DNA from: Clostridia bacterium
GTDB lineage: Bacteria; Bacillota; Clostridia; UBA1381; UMGS1253
Reading direction: 5' to 3'
NCBI GenBank assembly: GCA_045537695.1
Contig: JAZSQB010000038.1
Location: 30,206 to 94,205 of the forward strand
DNA length: 64,000 nt
Within the stretch, counting starts at the first letter, position 1. Each line of letters starts with the position of its first letter. Shown here one piece after another: positions 1 to 9,996 of the stretch. The notes under the pieces are model-generated. The model made no database searches and had not been told where the DNA came from. It saw only the letters and a list, made by a program, of their open reading frames with translations. The position numbers and the translations under genes were made by a program.

Positions 1-52
1 GGTGCTTTCGCCGCCGATTGGGAAATCCGGCGCAAATCACCGGTTGTCGAAA

Positions 53-80
53 TTGATGGAAATTGCAGAAAGTTTATAAT
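53..80 (+). promoter_or_regulatory. candidate sigma-A-type promoter for dnaE
   Basis: TTGATG (53-58), 16-nt spacer, TATAAT (75-80), about 38 nt upstream of the dnaE ATG. Motif match only. Confidence 0.3.
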
Positions 81-117
81 AGTTAGTACGCACTAACCAT
101 AGATAGAGGGTAAAACT

Positions 118-3100
118 ATGATAGAAACCATTCGATTTACACACTTACATGTACATACGGAATATTCTTTGCTCGATGGTGCTGCATCGCTAAAAAAACT
201 GGTCGAGACAGCGAAGCAAATGAATATGGATGCCATTGCAATGACGGATCACGGCGTTATGTATGGTGCGATTGATTTTTATAAAGCGGCGATGGCAGAG
301 GGGGTTAAGCCGATTATCGGCTGTGAGGTCTATGTATGCCCGCGTACCCGCTTTGATAAGTCCCATGAGGGGGACGCGCGCAATCATCATCTTGTTTTGC
401 TGTGCAAAGATAATATTGGTTATCAGAATTTGATACAGATGGTTTCGGATGCATTTACGGAAGGGTTTTATTATAAGCCACGCGTGGATAAAGAGCTTTT
501 AGAACGCCATCACGAAGGATTGATTTGCTTGTCGGCTTGTCTGGCGGGGGAATTGCCAAGCTTGCTTTTGGATGGCAACTATGAAGCGGCGAAACAAACG
601 GCGCTATATTATCAGTCGCTTTTTGGCAAAGAAAACTATTATATTGAATTGCAGGACCATGGGTTGGAGGAGCAGAAAAAAACCAATCCGGCGTTGGTGC
701 GTCTGGCGCGCGAAATAGAGGCGCCGCTTGTGTGCACAAACGATCTGCACTATATCCGCCGTGAGGATGCAAAGTATCAGGATGTTTTGATGTGCATTCA
801 GATGGGAAAAACGGTGGAAGATCCGGATCGTATGCGTTTTGGTTCGAATGAATTTTATTTAAAGAGCGGCAGCGAAATGGCAGAACTGTTTTCCTGGGTG
901 CCGGAGGCGGTGGAAAACACAAATAAAATTGCAGAGCGCTGCAATGTAACCTTTGATTTTGACAAAGTACATTTGCCGAAATTTGATGTGCCGGAGGGTT
1001 ATACCTCTTATGCGTATTTGGAGAAACTGTGCCGCGACGGATTGGCGAAGCGGTACAAGGAAATAACGAAGGTGCATACCGATCGCTTAGAGTATGAGCT
1101 TAGCGTAATATCCTCCATGGGGTATGTAGACTACTTTTTAATTGTATGGGATTTTATTAAATTTGCCAAGGATAATGGCATTGCGGTTGGACCGGGCAGG
1201 GGCTCCGGCGCTGGAAGTATTGTCGCATATACGTTGGATATTACTACGATTGACCCATTGCGATACAATTTGCTTTTTGAACGATTTTTGAATCCGGAAC
1301 GCATAAGCATGCCGGATATTGATACGGACTTTTGTATTGAACGTCGCGGCGAAGTGATTGATTATGTCAATCGAAAATACGGCGCAGACCGCGTAGCACA
1401 AATTATCACTTTTGGTACGCTTAAGGCGCGCGCGGCAATTCGTGATGTGGGCAGAACGATGAATATACCGCTGCCCACCGTGGACAAGGTGGCAAAACTG
1501 GTGCCGACGGATTTGAAAATGACGATTCGCAAGGCGCTTGATATCAATCCGGAGCTTTCGAATTTGTATGATGCGGAAGATACTATTAAAGACCTTTTGG
1601 ATACAGCAATGGCGATTGAAGGATTGCCGCGACACAGCGGTGTGCATGCAGCGGGGGTGGTTATCTCAGGGAGGCCGGTTTCACAACATGTGCCGCTGCA
1701 GTGTGCAAAGGATGTTATCACTACACAGTACCATATGGACAATTTAAGCGACCTTGGTTTGCTGAAAATGGATTTTCTTGGTTTGCGCAACCTAACTGTT
1801 ATTGCGAATGCCGTGGAAAATATACAAAAAACCAAAGGAATTACGGTGGATTTAGCTGCATTGGATTACACGGATACTGAGGTATTTGAATTGATTTCTT
1901 CCGGCGAGACCTCCGGCATTTTTCAGCTGGAAAGCGGGGGCATGCGTGAGTTTATGAAGGAATTGCGCCCAAGCTCGTTGGAAGATATTATTGCGGGTAT
2001 TTCCCTGTATCGACCAGGTCCGATGGAACAGATTCCGCGCTATATCAAAAACAAAAACAATCCGGAAAAAATCACGTACAAACATCCGATGCTGGAGTCA
2101 ATTTTGGATGTGACTTACGGTTGTATTATTTACCAGGAGCAGGTATTGCAGATTGTGCAAAAGCTTGCGGGGTATTCGCTCGGTAAGGCGGATTTGCTGC
2201 GCCGTGCAATGAGCAAGAAAAAACACGACGTAATGGAAAAAGAACGTCTCCACTTTATATACGGTCAGAAGGATGGTGACGGCAATACTATTATTGAAGG
2301 TGCCATCAGCCGCGGTATTTCTGAAGAGGTAGCTAAGAGCATTTTTGATGAAATTATGGACTTTGCAAGTTATGCATTCAACAAATCGCACGCGGCGGCG
2401 TATGCGGTTGTGGCATATCAGACGGCGTACCTGAAAGCGTTTTATCCTGCTGAATATATGGCAGCGTTGATTAGTAGTACAATGAGTGATACGGATAAAA
2501 CGGTTGGCTATGTTTTAGAATGTGAGCGCTTGGGTATTCGTATTTTACCACCGGATGTCAACAAGAGCTTCTATGGGTTTACGGTGGAGAATGGCAATAT
2601 TCGTTTTGGTTTAGAGGCAGTAAAAAATGTTGGTCATAAGCTGCTGGTGCAGATTGCACAGGAGCGTGAAAACCGCGGTGCATTTATAAGCTTTACAGAT
2701 TTTGTAGAGCGTATGATGCAAGGGGATTTGAATAAACGATCCCTTGAAAATCTGATTCGTTGCGGCGCATTTGACGCATTGGGGCAAACGCGCGCGACTT
2801 TAATTGGCGTGTATGACCAATTGGTTGGTACGATTAGCGCAGGGAACAAGGATGTGCTGGATGGTCAGTTATCCATTTTTGATGACGAGCCGGCGCAGGC
2901 AAGTCGGGATGCGTTTGTCCAGCTGCCTGAATATGATAAGCGTGATTTGTTGGCAATGGAGAAGGAAACCATTGGCCTTTATTTGTCCGGACACCCGCTT
3001 GATGACTATAAAGAGGTGATTTCTCGTTTTTCCAATGCCAATATCGGAGAGATTAATGCCCTGGCGGTGCAGGAGGAAAGTGGAGAATATGCCATTGTCG

Positions 3101-3612
3101 AAGGCGGACGCTTTAAAGATGGTGATTTTGTTACCATTGGTGGCATTATTACGGCGCGCCGGAATAAAACGACAAAGAATGCAACCATGATGGCCTTTTT
3201 GCGATTTGAGGATTTATACGGCAGTCTGGATGTCATTGTATTTCCAAAAAAGTATGAAATGTGTGCATCATTGATTAATGAAGATGAGATTGTGTTTATC
3301 AAGGCACGCGTCAGCCTGCGGGAAGATGAGGCACCGAAATTGATTTTGGAAAATATTACCCCCATGCAAAGTATTATGGATACACAGAATACAACAAAGC
3401 TGTATATCAAAATCAGGGTGGGGAATGAAACACGGTGGAATGAAGCGAAGCGAATTTTAAGCACGCACCGCGGTGAAGTACCTGTATGTATATTTTTTGA
3501 AAAAACGAGCGAAATTAAATGTACCAACCGCGAATTATGGTGTGATGCTTCACCAACCTTAAATCAAGCGCTTAGTGCGTTGTTTGGCGAGGAATGTATC
3601 AAGTATAAATAA
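118..3612 (+). CDS. dnaE: DNA polymerase III alpha subunit (DnaE type)
   Basis: 1164-aa ORF. N-terminal PHP domain (FTHLHVHTEYSLLDGA), Pol III alpha core motifs (MPDIDTDF, GLLKMDFLGLRNL, YRPGPM) and an OB-fold-like C-terminus. RBS-like GAGGG upstream. Confidence 0.97.
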   Translation: MIETIRFTHLHVHTEYSLLDGAASLKKLVETAKQMNMDAIAMTDHGVMYGAIDFYKAAMAEGVKPIIGCEVYVCPRTRFDKSHEGDARNHHLVLLCKDNIGYQNLIQMVSDAFTEGFYYKPRVDKELLERHHEGLICLSACLAGELPSLLLDGNYEAAKQTALYYQSLFGKENYYIELQDHGLEEQKKTNPALVRLAREIEAPLVCTNDLHYIRREDAKYQDVLMCIQMGKTVEDPDRMRFGSNEFYLKSGSEMAELFSWVPEAVENTNKIAERCNVTFDFDKVHLPKFDVPEGYTSYAYLEKLCRDGLAKRYKEITKVHTDRLEYELSVISSMGYVDYFLIVWDFIKFAKDNGIAVGPGRGSGAGSIVAYTLDITTIDPLRYNLLFERFLNPERISMPDIDTDFCIERRGEVIDYVNRKYGADRVAQIITFGTLKARAAIRDVGRTMNIPLPTVDKVAKLVPTDLKMTIRKALDINPELSNLYDAEDTIKDLLDTAMAIEGLPRHSGVHAAGVVISGRPVSQHVPLQCAKDVITTQYHMDNLSDLGLLKMDFLGLRNLTVIANAVENIQKTKGITVDLAALDYTDTEVFELISSGETSGIFQLESGGMREFMKELRPSSLEDIIAGISLYRPGPMEQIPRYIKNKNNPEKITYKHPMLESILDVTYGCIIYQEQVLQIVQKLAGYSLGKADLLRRAMSKKKHDVMEKERLHFIYGQKDGDGNTIIEGAISRGISEEVAKSIFDEIMDFASYAFNKSHAAAYAVVAYQTAYLKAFYPAEYMAALISSTMSDTDKTVGYVLECERLGIRILPPDVNKSFYGFTVENGNIRFGLEAVKNVGHKLLVQIAQERENRGAFISFTDFVERMMQGDLNKRSLENLIRCGAFDALGQTRATLIGVYDQLVGTISAGNKDVLDGQLSIFDDEPAQASRDAFVQLPEYDKRDLLAMEKETIGLYLSGHPLDDYKEVISRFSNANIGEINALAVQEESGEYAIVEGGRFKDGDFVTIGGIITARRNKTTKNATMMAFLRFEDLYGSLDVIVFPKKYEMCASLINEDEIVFIKARVSLREDEAPKLILENITPMQSIMDTQNTTKLYIKIRVGNETRWNEAKRILSTHRGEVPVCIFFEKTSEIKCTNRELWCDASPTLNQALSALFGEECIKYK

Positions 3613-3616
3613 TAAG

Positions 3617-3645
3617 TTGCAATTTTACCGGAAATAGTGTAAAAT
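3617..3645 (+). promoter_or_regulatory. candidate sigma-A-type promoter for the small ORF and pfkA
   Basis: TTGCAA (3617-3622), 17-nt spacer, TAAAAT (3640-3645), with TG immediately upstream of the -10. Motif match only. Confidence 0.35.
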
Positions 3646-3760
3646 GTAAAAAAATAGCCGAAAGCGAATAGTTCCCACCAAAATCTGCCTTTGAAAATGG
3701 TGGTTCGGATTAAACACTTTTGGCTTAGGTAAAAATTCACACTACAAGGAGATTGTACGT

Positions 3761-3958
3761 ATGTGGACAGTGATTTATATTGCAAAAAGCAAAGCAACGG
3801 CGAAGCGGTTGAAAGAGCTTTTGGCACAGAAGGACATTCTTGTTCGTTTGCACCCATTGTATGATGCGAAGGCAGCAGAGGATGGCAGCATTGAGGTGTT
3901 GGTCCCGGAATCCGAGGTTGCGCAAGCGCATGAGATTATTATTGATGCGGATTTTTAA
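3761..3958 (+). CDS. small hypothetical protein (65 aa), possibly DUF2007-like
   Basis: ATG preceded by AAGGAG at good spacing. It fills the dnaE-pfkA gap and ends 15 nt before the pfkA start. The beta-alpha-beta-like pattern (VIYIAKSKATAKRLKELL...ILVRL) recalls small PII-fold DUF2007 proteins, but I cannot confirm that without a search. Confidence 0.55.
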   Translation: MWTVIYIAKSKATAKRLKELLAQKDILVRLHPLYDAKAAEDGSIEVLVPESEVAQAHEIIIDADF

Positions 3959-3973
3959 ATTGGAGGCAGTAGT

Positions 3974-4945
3974 GTGGGACAGATTAAAAAAATCGGCGTA
4001 TTGACTAGCGGTGGTGACGCACCGGGTATGAATGCAGCGGTACGAGGCGTTGTACGCACGGCTGTATATAATGGCATAGAGGTTATGGGTATCCGTAAGG
4101 GTTATAACGGTTTGATTAATGGGGATGTTTTTGCGATGAACGCGCGAAGCGTTTCCGAGACACTGCAGCGTGGCGGAACCATTCTGCAGACGGCAAGATG
4201 TAAGGAATTTGCAACCGAAGCGGGCGTGGAGCGCGCGGCAGAGATTGCAAAAATTTTTGGACTGGACGGCTTGGTTATTATCGGCGGTGACGGATCCTTC
4301 CGCGGCGCCTGCGATTTGGCAAAGGCGGGCATTAAGACAATTGGTATACCGGCGACGATTGACAATGATATCGGTTGTACGGAGTATTGTATTGGTTATG
4401 ATACAGCGCTCAACACGGTAAAAGATGCGATTGACAAAATTCGTGATACCGCATCAAGCCATGAACGCAGCTCTGTCATTGAGGTTATGGGTAGAGATGC
4501 AGGTTATATTGCGGTTATGGCAGGTATTTCCTGTGGTGCAGAAGCCGTGATTATTCCCGAAAAGGAATATAATTTTGACGAAGATGTGCTTCGTCCGATT
4601 ATTGAAGGTAAACATCGTGGAAAGAGTCATTATTTGATTATTGTAGCGGAAGGTGTCGGCGGTGCTCTGGAGATGGCGAAAGAGATTGAAAAGCGTACCG
4701 GCATAGAAACAACGGCAACAATTTTGGGGCACATTCAGCGCGGTGGTTCGCCGACGGTGGATGACCGTGTATATGCAAGTGAAATGGGCTTAAAAGCTGT
4801 AGAAGCATTGATGGACGGGAAATCGAATCGCCTGATTGTTATGCAGGACCATAAAATTACGGATATTGATATTGAAGAAGGTCTTGCAATGAAAAAGGAA
4901 ATGAACCCAGCTTTGATTCGTTTGTGCAAAATTATGAGCTGGTAA
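3974..4945 (+). CDS. pfkA: ATP-dependent 6-phosphofructokinase
   Basis: GTG start with GGAGG 7 nt upstream. Motifs GVLTSGGDAPGMNAA, IGGDGS, PATIDND, MGR and HIQRGG. Confidence 0.95.
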   Translation: MGQIKKIGVLTSGGDAPGMNAAVRGVVRTAVYNGIEVMGIRKGYNGLINGDVFAMNARSVSETLQRGGTILQTARCKEFATEAGVERAAEIAKIFGLDGLVIIGGDGSFRGACDLAKAGIKTIGIPATIDNDIGCTEYCIGYDTALNTVKDAIDKIRDTASSHERSSVIEVMGRDAGYIAVMAGISCGAEAVIIPEKEYNFDEDVLRPIIEGKHRGKSHYLIIVAEGVGGALEMAKEIEKRTGIETTATILGHIQRGGSPTVDDRVYASEMGLKAVEALMDGKSNRLIVMQDHKITDIDIEEGLAMKKEMNPALIRLCKIMSW

Positions 4946-4958
4946 TGGGGGAGCCGAG

Positions 4959-5507
4959 ATGAGTATACCAAACATACTGTCCAGCATCCGACTTTGTCTG
5001 ATGCCGGTGTTTCTACTGGTATATATGATGCCGGTGGATGGAGCACAGTATTATGCGATGGCGGTATTGATTGTTGCATTTATTACGGATGTGCTGGATG
5101 GTTACATTGCAAGAAAGTTTAATATGGTTACCAATTTGGGAAAGGTGCTTGACCCGATTGCGGATAAAGCAATGCAGCTGACAACGTTGATTTGTCTTGC
5201 TTTTCATTCGCACTACGCCATGGTTTGGGTTGTGATTTTGGTCGGTATCAAGGAAATCTTGCTCGGTATTGGTGCATTGGTGCTTTACAAAAGCGGTATC
5301 GTGACACAGGCGAATTGGTTTGGTAAGGTTTCCAGCTTTGTCAGCTTTTTATGCACACTGGTGCTTATTTTTCCGCGTGTGATACCATTGGCGGAGATTG
5401 CAGCATTTTGGTTGTGTTTGGCAATTGTGCTTGTGAACATTATAGCACTGCTTTCCTATATCGTTGCTTACATAAATTATCAAAAGCAATTAAAAGTGAA
5501 GCAATAA
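4959..5507 (+). CDS. pgsA: CDP-diacylglycerol--glycerol-3-phosphate 3-phosphatidyltransferase
   Basis: CDP-alcohol phosphatidyltransferase motif (DVLDGYIARKFNMVTNLGKVLDPIADK). Multi-pass hydrophobic 182-aa protein. Confidence 0.9.
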   Translation: MSIPNILSSIRLCLMPVFLLVYMMPVDGAQYYAMAVLIVAFITDVLDGYIARKFNMVTNLGKVLDPIADKAMQLTTLICLAFHSHYAMVWVVILVGIKEILLGIGALVLYKSGIVTQANWFGKVSSFVSFLCTLVLIFPRVIPLAEIAAFWLCLAIVLVNIIALLSYIVAYINYQKQLKVKQ

Positions 5508-5697
5508 CGTGGTCAAGAGAATTTCTTGAGAATAGTTTAAATGGGTTGAAACCATGGAACTGCAACAATTTGTCCATACAAAACAAAAAAGAGTACCTAC
5601 GGTATCTATATTAATTTTAAGCAACATACGGACTGCGTTTTTCAAGTGAGGTCCGTTTTGTATTATGTGGTATTTTTATATTTTCTAGGCATAGTTT

Positions 5698-5743
5698 AAG
5701 ACCTTCTACTGTATTTTATTCTACAACAAAAGGTCTTTTTTTT
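5698..5743 (+). terminator. candidate intrinsic terminator after pgsA
   Basis: AAGACCTT (5698-5705) pairs with AAGGTCTT (5730-5737) and is followed by a T8 run. The loop is large (24 nt), so it is only moderately convincing. Confidence 0.45.
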
Positions 5744-5787
5744 GTCTGTTTTTACTGGGTCTGTTCACTCAGATCTTCGCTCTTTTA

Positions 5788-6432
5788 TTACACATCTTTC
5801 GGTAAAAACGTATTTAGCTCACCCAAATGCGCAGACAAGTTATACGCAACTAACTTTGATTTGTTATCTCCGTCGTATTCTACAATCGTTACGGATGCGT
5901 TATTCACCCAATTTGTCTTATGCATATCACAAAGCGAAATGTTGTTCCAGATGCAGCTCATTACACGCACCGGTGTTGCGTGCGTAGTAATCAGAATATG
6001 CTTGCCGCGGTTTTCCTCTACGATGCGTAGCACCTCCTGATTTATACGCGCCTGCAATTCCCTCACGCTTTCGCCGCCCGGGCACGTGGCATTGCCGATA
6101 TCATTTAACCAAACCGAAAATTCTTCGGGGTAGTGCTTGATAATTTCTCTGTATACAACCCCTTCATATGCACCACCGTTGATTTCACGAAGCGCCTTTG
6201 TTAGGTTCACCGACAGCCCTTTGCGTTTTGCCGTATGCTCCGCCGTCTGAAATGCGCGGTTTAAATCACTGCTAAAAATTACATCAATTGGATAAGCATC
6301 CAAAAATCTTGCCGTACACTCCGCCTGCGCATGTCCTTTTTCCGTTAAATCAAAGTTGATATGGCCATTAAATTTTTCTTCTAGATTGCCCATGCTTTCC
6401 CCGTGACGCACAAAATACAATCTCGTCTTCAA
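5788..6432 (-). CDS. histidine phosphatase family protein (phosphoglycerate mutase-like)
   Basis: RHG motif (LYFVRHGES) and a second catalytic-His region (ITTHATPVR). I place the start at TTG 6432 (AGGAGG 8 nt upstream) rather than the ORF-track ATG at 6585, which would run through the end of deoC. Confidence 0.85.
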   Translation of the reverse strand: MKTRLYFVRHGESMGNLEEKFNGHINFDLTEKGHAQAECTARFLDAYPIDVIFSSDLNRAFQTAEHTAKRKGLSVNLTKALREINGGAYEGVVYREIIKHYPEEFSVWLNDIGNATCPGGESVRELQARINQEVLRIVEENRGKHILITTHATPVRVMSCIWNNISLCDMHKTNWVNNASVTIVEYDGDNKSKLVAYNLSAHLGELNTFLPKDV

Positions 6433-6452
6433 TTTATTTTCCTCCTGCGTCC

Positions 6453-7097
6453 TTATTCTTCCGTAACAATAGTGATGCTGGCGCTGGCACCAATTCTTTC
6501 TGCACCAGCTTCCATCATCGCAATCGCATCTGCTCTGGTGCGGATACCGCCAGACGCCTTTACCTTTGCTACATCTCCGACGCATGCTTTCATGAGCTGC
6601 ACATCCGCAACCGTCGCGCCGCCGCTACCAAAACCTGTCGAGGTTTTAACAAACGCCGCACCTGCTCGAAGAGCCAGGGCGCACGCGCGTTTTTTCTCTT
6701 CCTCTGTCAAATAACAGGTTTCAATAATCACTTTCACAAGCGCCGGCGCAGATGCGGCAACCACCGCGCGAATGTCTGCCTCCACATCGGCATTTCTGCC
6801 TTCGCGCAAAGCACCGACATGGATAACCATATCAATTTCCTGCGCACCGTTTTCCACCGCTTCTTTGGCTTCAAAGGCCTTTGCCGCGCTCGTCATTGCA
6901 CCGAGCGGAAAACCTACAACACAGCAGGTTTTTACATCGCTACCGCGCAGGGCATTTGCCACGGTTTTGGCATAGCAGGCGTTAACACATACAGAAGAAA
7001 ATCCGTATGTTTTTGCTTCTTCACACAAACGAAGCACATCCGCCGTTGTTGCATCTGCCTTTAAAATAGTATGATCAATTATTTTGTTGATTTGCAT
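6453..7097 (-). CDS. deoC: deoxyribose-phosphate aldolase
   Basis: 214 aa, class I aldolase. IDHTILK N-terminus, FVKTSTGF Schiff-base lysine region. GGAGG RBS upstream of the ATG. Confidence 0.93.
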   Translation of the reverse strand: MQINKIIDHTILKADATTADVLRLCEEAKTYGFSSVCVNACYAKTVANALRGSDVKTCCVVGFPLGAMTSAAKAFEAKEAVENGAQEIDMVIHVGALREGRNADVEADIRAVVAASAPALVKVIIETCYLTEEEKKRACALALRAGAAFVKTSTGFGSGGATVADVQLMKACVGDVAKVKASGGIRTRADAIAMMEAGAERIGASASITIVTEE

Positions 7098-7812
7098 TTT
7101 CTTTTTCCTCCCCTGTTTTGCTCAATGTTTCTGTTTCAAAATCATAAATATATGCTGTTTTGGAGATCACGCTTGTGCCCTCATATACTTTATTTTCAAT
7201 AATAAGTTGTAGTGGCTGCGCTTTATTTGTGCGTAGGCTGACCAAAATATTTTCCCCTTCTATGCTGTAAGACGTTTCCGCAAGCGACACAATCTGCCCC
7301 GTCTCTGTACCGCCATCCCGCAAATTCACTGGACACAAAAGCACTTCCTTTTCCCGCTTGAGTAGCACCCACGCAAGGTCAGTATAGTCTACATTTGCCG
7401 TCGGCAAAATAACGGCATTGCTCGTTTGCTCTTCGAAAAACCGAAAAAATACACCTGCCTCTTTCCCATAGCCAAACAAACTGCCTATGTAACCGCTCTC
7501 TGTCTCCAAATAGCCGTTAAAAAGCATATACGGATATGCCGTCTTTGTCTCTACGACAGAAAAACGCCATGCCCCTTCAATTTCATTTAAACGCTTGATT
7601 TCCTCACCTGTTTTATATAAAATCTCGGTATTTTGCCCGACAATGTTGTAGTAGAAATCCCCCTCTGCACTATGTGCAAACACAACACCGATTTCTTCCT
7701 CTACATCTTCTTGCACAACATTTACAGGTGTCTTTGGTTCAGGCGCTGAACCACACGCGCACAATCCCCAAATACCGCTAAGGCATAACACCAGTAAATA
7801 TACGTTCTTCAA
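7075..7812 (-). CDS. hypothetical lipoprotein
   Basis: Start placed at TTG 7812 with GGAGGA 6 nt upstream. This gives a classic lipoprotein signal peptide, [20 protein letters not shown]|GS. I recognise no family for the mature part. The 3' end overlaps the deoC start by 23 nt. Confidence 0.7.
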   Translation of the reverse strand: MKNVYLLVLCLSGIWGLCACGSAPEPKTPVNVVQEDVEEEIGVVFAHSAEGDFYYNIVGQNTEILYKTGEEIKRLNEIEGAWRFSVVETKTAYPYMLFNGYLETESGYIGSLFGYGKEAGVFFRFFEEQTSNAVILPTANVDYTDLAWVLLKREKEVLLCPVNLRDGGTETGQIVSLAETSYSIEGENILVSLRTNKAQPLQLIIENKVYEGTSVISKTAYIYDFETETLSKTGEEKENANQQNN

Positions 7813-7928
7813 CTTCGCTCCTCCAATCCAAAACTTCTTTTTACCCATACCTATATAATATACGAAATTTGCCAAAAAGAAAACAGGTTTTTTATTTTTT
7901 AAGAAATTTTTAACAATTCAAGAATGTA

Positions 7929-7956
7929 TTGACTTTTCAGGTAGATGTGGTACAAT
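7929..7956 (+). promoter_or_regulatory. sigma-A-type promoter of htpG
   Basis: TTGACT (7929-7934), 16-nt spacer, TACAAT (7951-7956) with an extended -10 TG at 7948-7949. It lies immediately upstream of the CIRCE element. Confidence 0.55.
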
Positions 7957-7961
7957 ACTTT

Positions 7962-7988
7962 TTAGCACTCGACATTTGAGAGTGCTAA
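7962..7988 (+). promoter_or_regulatory. CIRCE operator (HrcA binding site)
   Basis: TTAGCACTC-gacatttga-GAGTGCTAA is a perfect match to the TTAGCACTC-N9-GAGTGCTAA consensus. It sits between the -10 and the htpG start codon. Confidence 0.85.
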
Positions 7989-8010
7989 ATTAGAAAGGGA
8001 GGAATGTACA

Positions 8011-9891
8011 ATGGCAAAAAAACTGTTCAAATCCGAATCCAAGCGACTTTTGGATATGATGATTCATTCTATTTATACGCACAAAGAAATTTTTCTGCGC
8101 GAGTTGATTTCCAATGCAAACGATGCGATCGACAAGCTGTATTACTTATCCTTGCAGGATGAAAATATTGAGTTCAACCGCGAAAACTTCTATATCCGTA
8201 TAGACGCCGACAAGGAAAAGAAGCTCCTGACCATCACAGATACCGGTATCGGTATGGACGAAAAAGAGCTGGAGGAAAACCTTGGCACAATTGCAAAAAG
8301 CGGTTCTCTCGCTTTCAAGAAGGAAAACGAGCTTGATGAAGACATCGATATTATCGGTCAGTTCGGCGTCGGCTTTTACTCTGCATTTATGGTGGCTGAT
8401 TGCGTAACGGTTGTAACGAAAAAATTTGGCACTGACCAGGCGTATATGTGGCAATCCACCGGCGCAGACGGGTACGAAATTACATCGTGCGACAAAAAGG
8501 AGCACGGCACACAGATTACACTTTCCATCAAAGCAGATACAGAGGACGAAAAATATAGCCGCTACTTAGAGAGCTATACGCTTCGCCAGTTAGTAAAGAA
8601 GTATTCTGACTATATCAAGCACCCGATTAAAATGGACGTGGAGAAATCCCGCAAAAAAGAGGGTAGTGAAAATGAATACGAAAGCTACAGCGAGGAAGAA
8701 GTATTAAACAGCATGGTGCCGCTCTGGAAAAAGGCAAAAAGCGAAATTTCCGAGGAGGAATACCACGGCTTTTATCGCGACAAATTCTTTGATTTTGAAC
8801 CGCCGGCAAAAATCGTGCACACCAGTGCGGACGGTCTTGTCAGCTACACAGCGCTGTTATTCATCCCGAAACATGCCCCGTTTGATTACTATACTAAGGA
8901 GTTTAAAAAAGGTTTGGAGCTTTATTCCAACGGCGTGTTGATTATGGATAAGTGTGAAGATTTACTCCCAGATTGTTTCGGTTTTGTTCGTGGCTTGGTC
9001 GATTCTGCTGACCTTTCATTAAACATTTCCAGAGAAATGCTCCAGCACGACCGCCAGTTAAAGGCAATTGCCGCAAATCTGAAGAAAAAAATCAAATCCG
9101 AGCTGTTGTCTATGCTCAAAAATGACCGTGAAGCATACGAAGAATTCTATACCGCCTTTGCGCGTCCACTCAAGTTTGGCATCTATGACAACTACGGTAT
9201 GGAAAAGGAATTTTTGCAGGATTTGATTTTGTTTACCACCTCCAAGGAAAAAAAGCTCGTTTCCTTAGATGAATATGTGGAGCGCATGGCGGAAGGACAG
9301 GATTGCATCTACTATGCAGCCGGCGATTCCGTGGACAAAATTGACAAGCTGCCCCAGGTAGAAGCCGTACGTGAACAGGGCTATGAAATTTTGTATCTGA
9401 CCGAAGATGTGGACGAATTTATGATGAAAATCATGCAGTCCTACAAGGAAAAAACATTCAAATCAGTCTCGGACGCTGATATTAAAACGGGTAGTGAAGA
9501 AGAGCAAACAAAGGAAACGGAGGCAAATGAAAGCAATAAGGCTTTACTTTCTGCTATTAAAGAAGCACTTAATGGTAAGGTTGAAGAGGTAAAAGCGACC
9601 GCACGCTTAAGAAGCCATCCGGTATGCATTTCCAGCATCGGCGATATTTCCATTGAAATGGAAAAAGTGTTAAATCAGATGCCGAATGACCAAAATGTAA
9701 AAGCGCAGCGTATGCTGGAAATCAATATGCGTCATCCGCTATTTGCAAAGCTGCAATCGCTTTTGGAAACCGATAAAGAAAAAATCTCCAAATATGCCGG
9801 TGTGCTTTATACTGCTGCACAGCTGATAGAAGGCATTGCGCCGGAAGACCCGGTTGCCTTTACAAATGATATGTTTGAACTGATGAACTAA
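8011..9891 (+). CDS. htpG: molecular chaperone HtpG (Hsp90)
   Basis: 626 aa. GHKL ATPase motifs [18 protein letters not shown] and [12 protein letters not shown], plus a typical middle and C-terminal region. Confidence 0.96.
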   Translation: MAKKLFKSESKRLLDMMIHSIYTHKEIFLRELISNANDAIDKLYYLSLQDENIEFNRENFYIRIDADKEKKLLTITDTGIGMDEKELEENLGTIAKSGSLAFKKENELDEDIDIIGQFGVGFYSAFMVADCVTVVTKKFGTDQAYMWQSTGADGYEITSCDKKEHGTQITLSIKADTEDEKYSRYLESYTLRQLVKKYSDYIKHPIKMDVEKSRKKEGSENEYESYSEEEVLNSMVPLWKKAKSEISEEEYHGFYRDKFFDFEPPAKIVHTSADGLVSYTALLFIPKHAPFDYYTKEFKKGLELYSNGVLIMDKCEDLLPDCFGFVRGLVDSADLSLNISREMLQHDRQLKAIAANLKKKIKSELLSMLKNDREAYEEFYTAFARPLKFGIYDNYGMEKEFLQDLILFTTSKEKKLVSLDEYVERMAEGQDCIYYAAGDSVDKIDKLPQVEAVREQGYEILYLTEDVDEFMMKIMQSYKEKTFKSVSDADIKTGSEEEQTKETEANESNKALLSAIKEALNGKVEEVKATARLRSHPVCISSIGDISIEMEKVLNQMPNDQNVKAQRMLEINMRHPLFAKLQSLLETDKEKISKYAGVLYTAAQLIEGIAPEDPVAFTNDMFELMN

Positions 9892-9900
9892 TTATTATGA

Positions 9901-9937
9901 CCCCCAAACGTTAGCTTTTTGACCTAACGCTTGGGGG
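9901..9937. terminator. convergent-gene hairpin between htpG and spoIVB (possible bidirectional terminator)
   Basis: CCCCCAAACGTTAG (9901-9914) pairs with CTAACGCTTGGGGG (9924-9937), a 14-bp stem with one mismatch. There is no clean U-tract on either side. Confidence 0.45.
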
Positions 9938-9996
9938 TCGACCCACATTATAGGGGTGTTTTGTCTATTGCACGTTTTTGCTGTTTCTGTTCATTT

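Noticed and set aside
6433-6585. Long N-terminal extensions in the ORF track: histidine phosphatase to 6585, ftsQ from 60840, thiN from 48062, gmk from 34929, prkC from 44687, coaBC from 35812, comB-like to 24796
   Set aside because: The extensions overlap the upstream genes in another frame, are Cys/Arg/Trp-rich nonsense, and lack an RBS. In each case an internal start with a good RBS gives the family-typical N-terminus.
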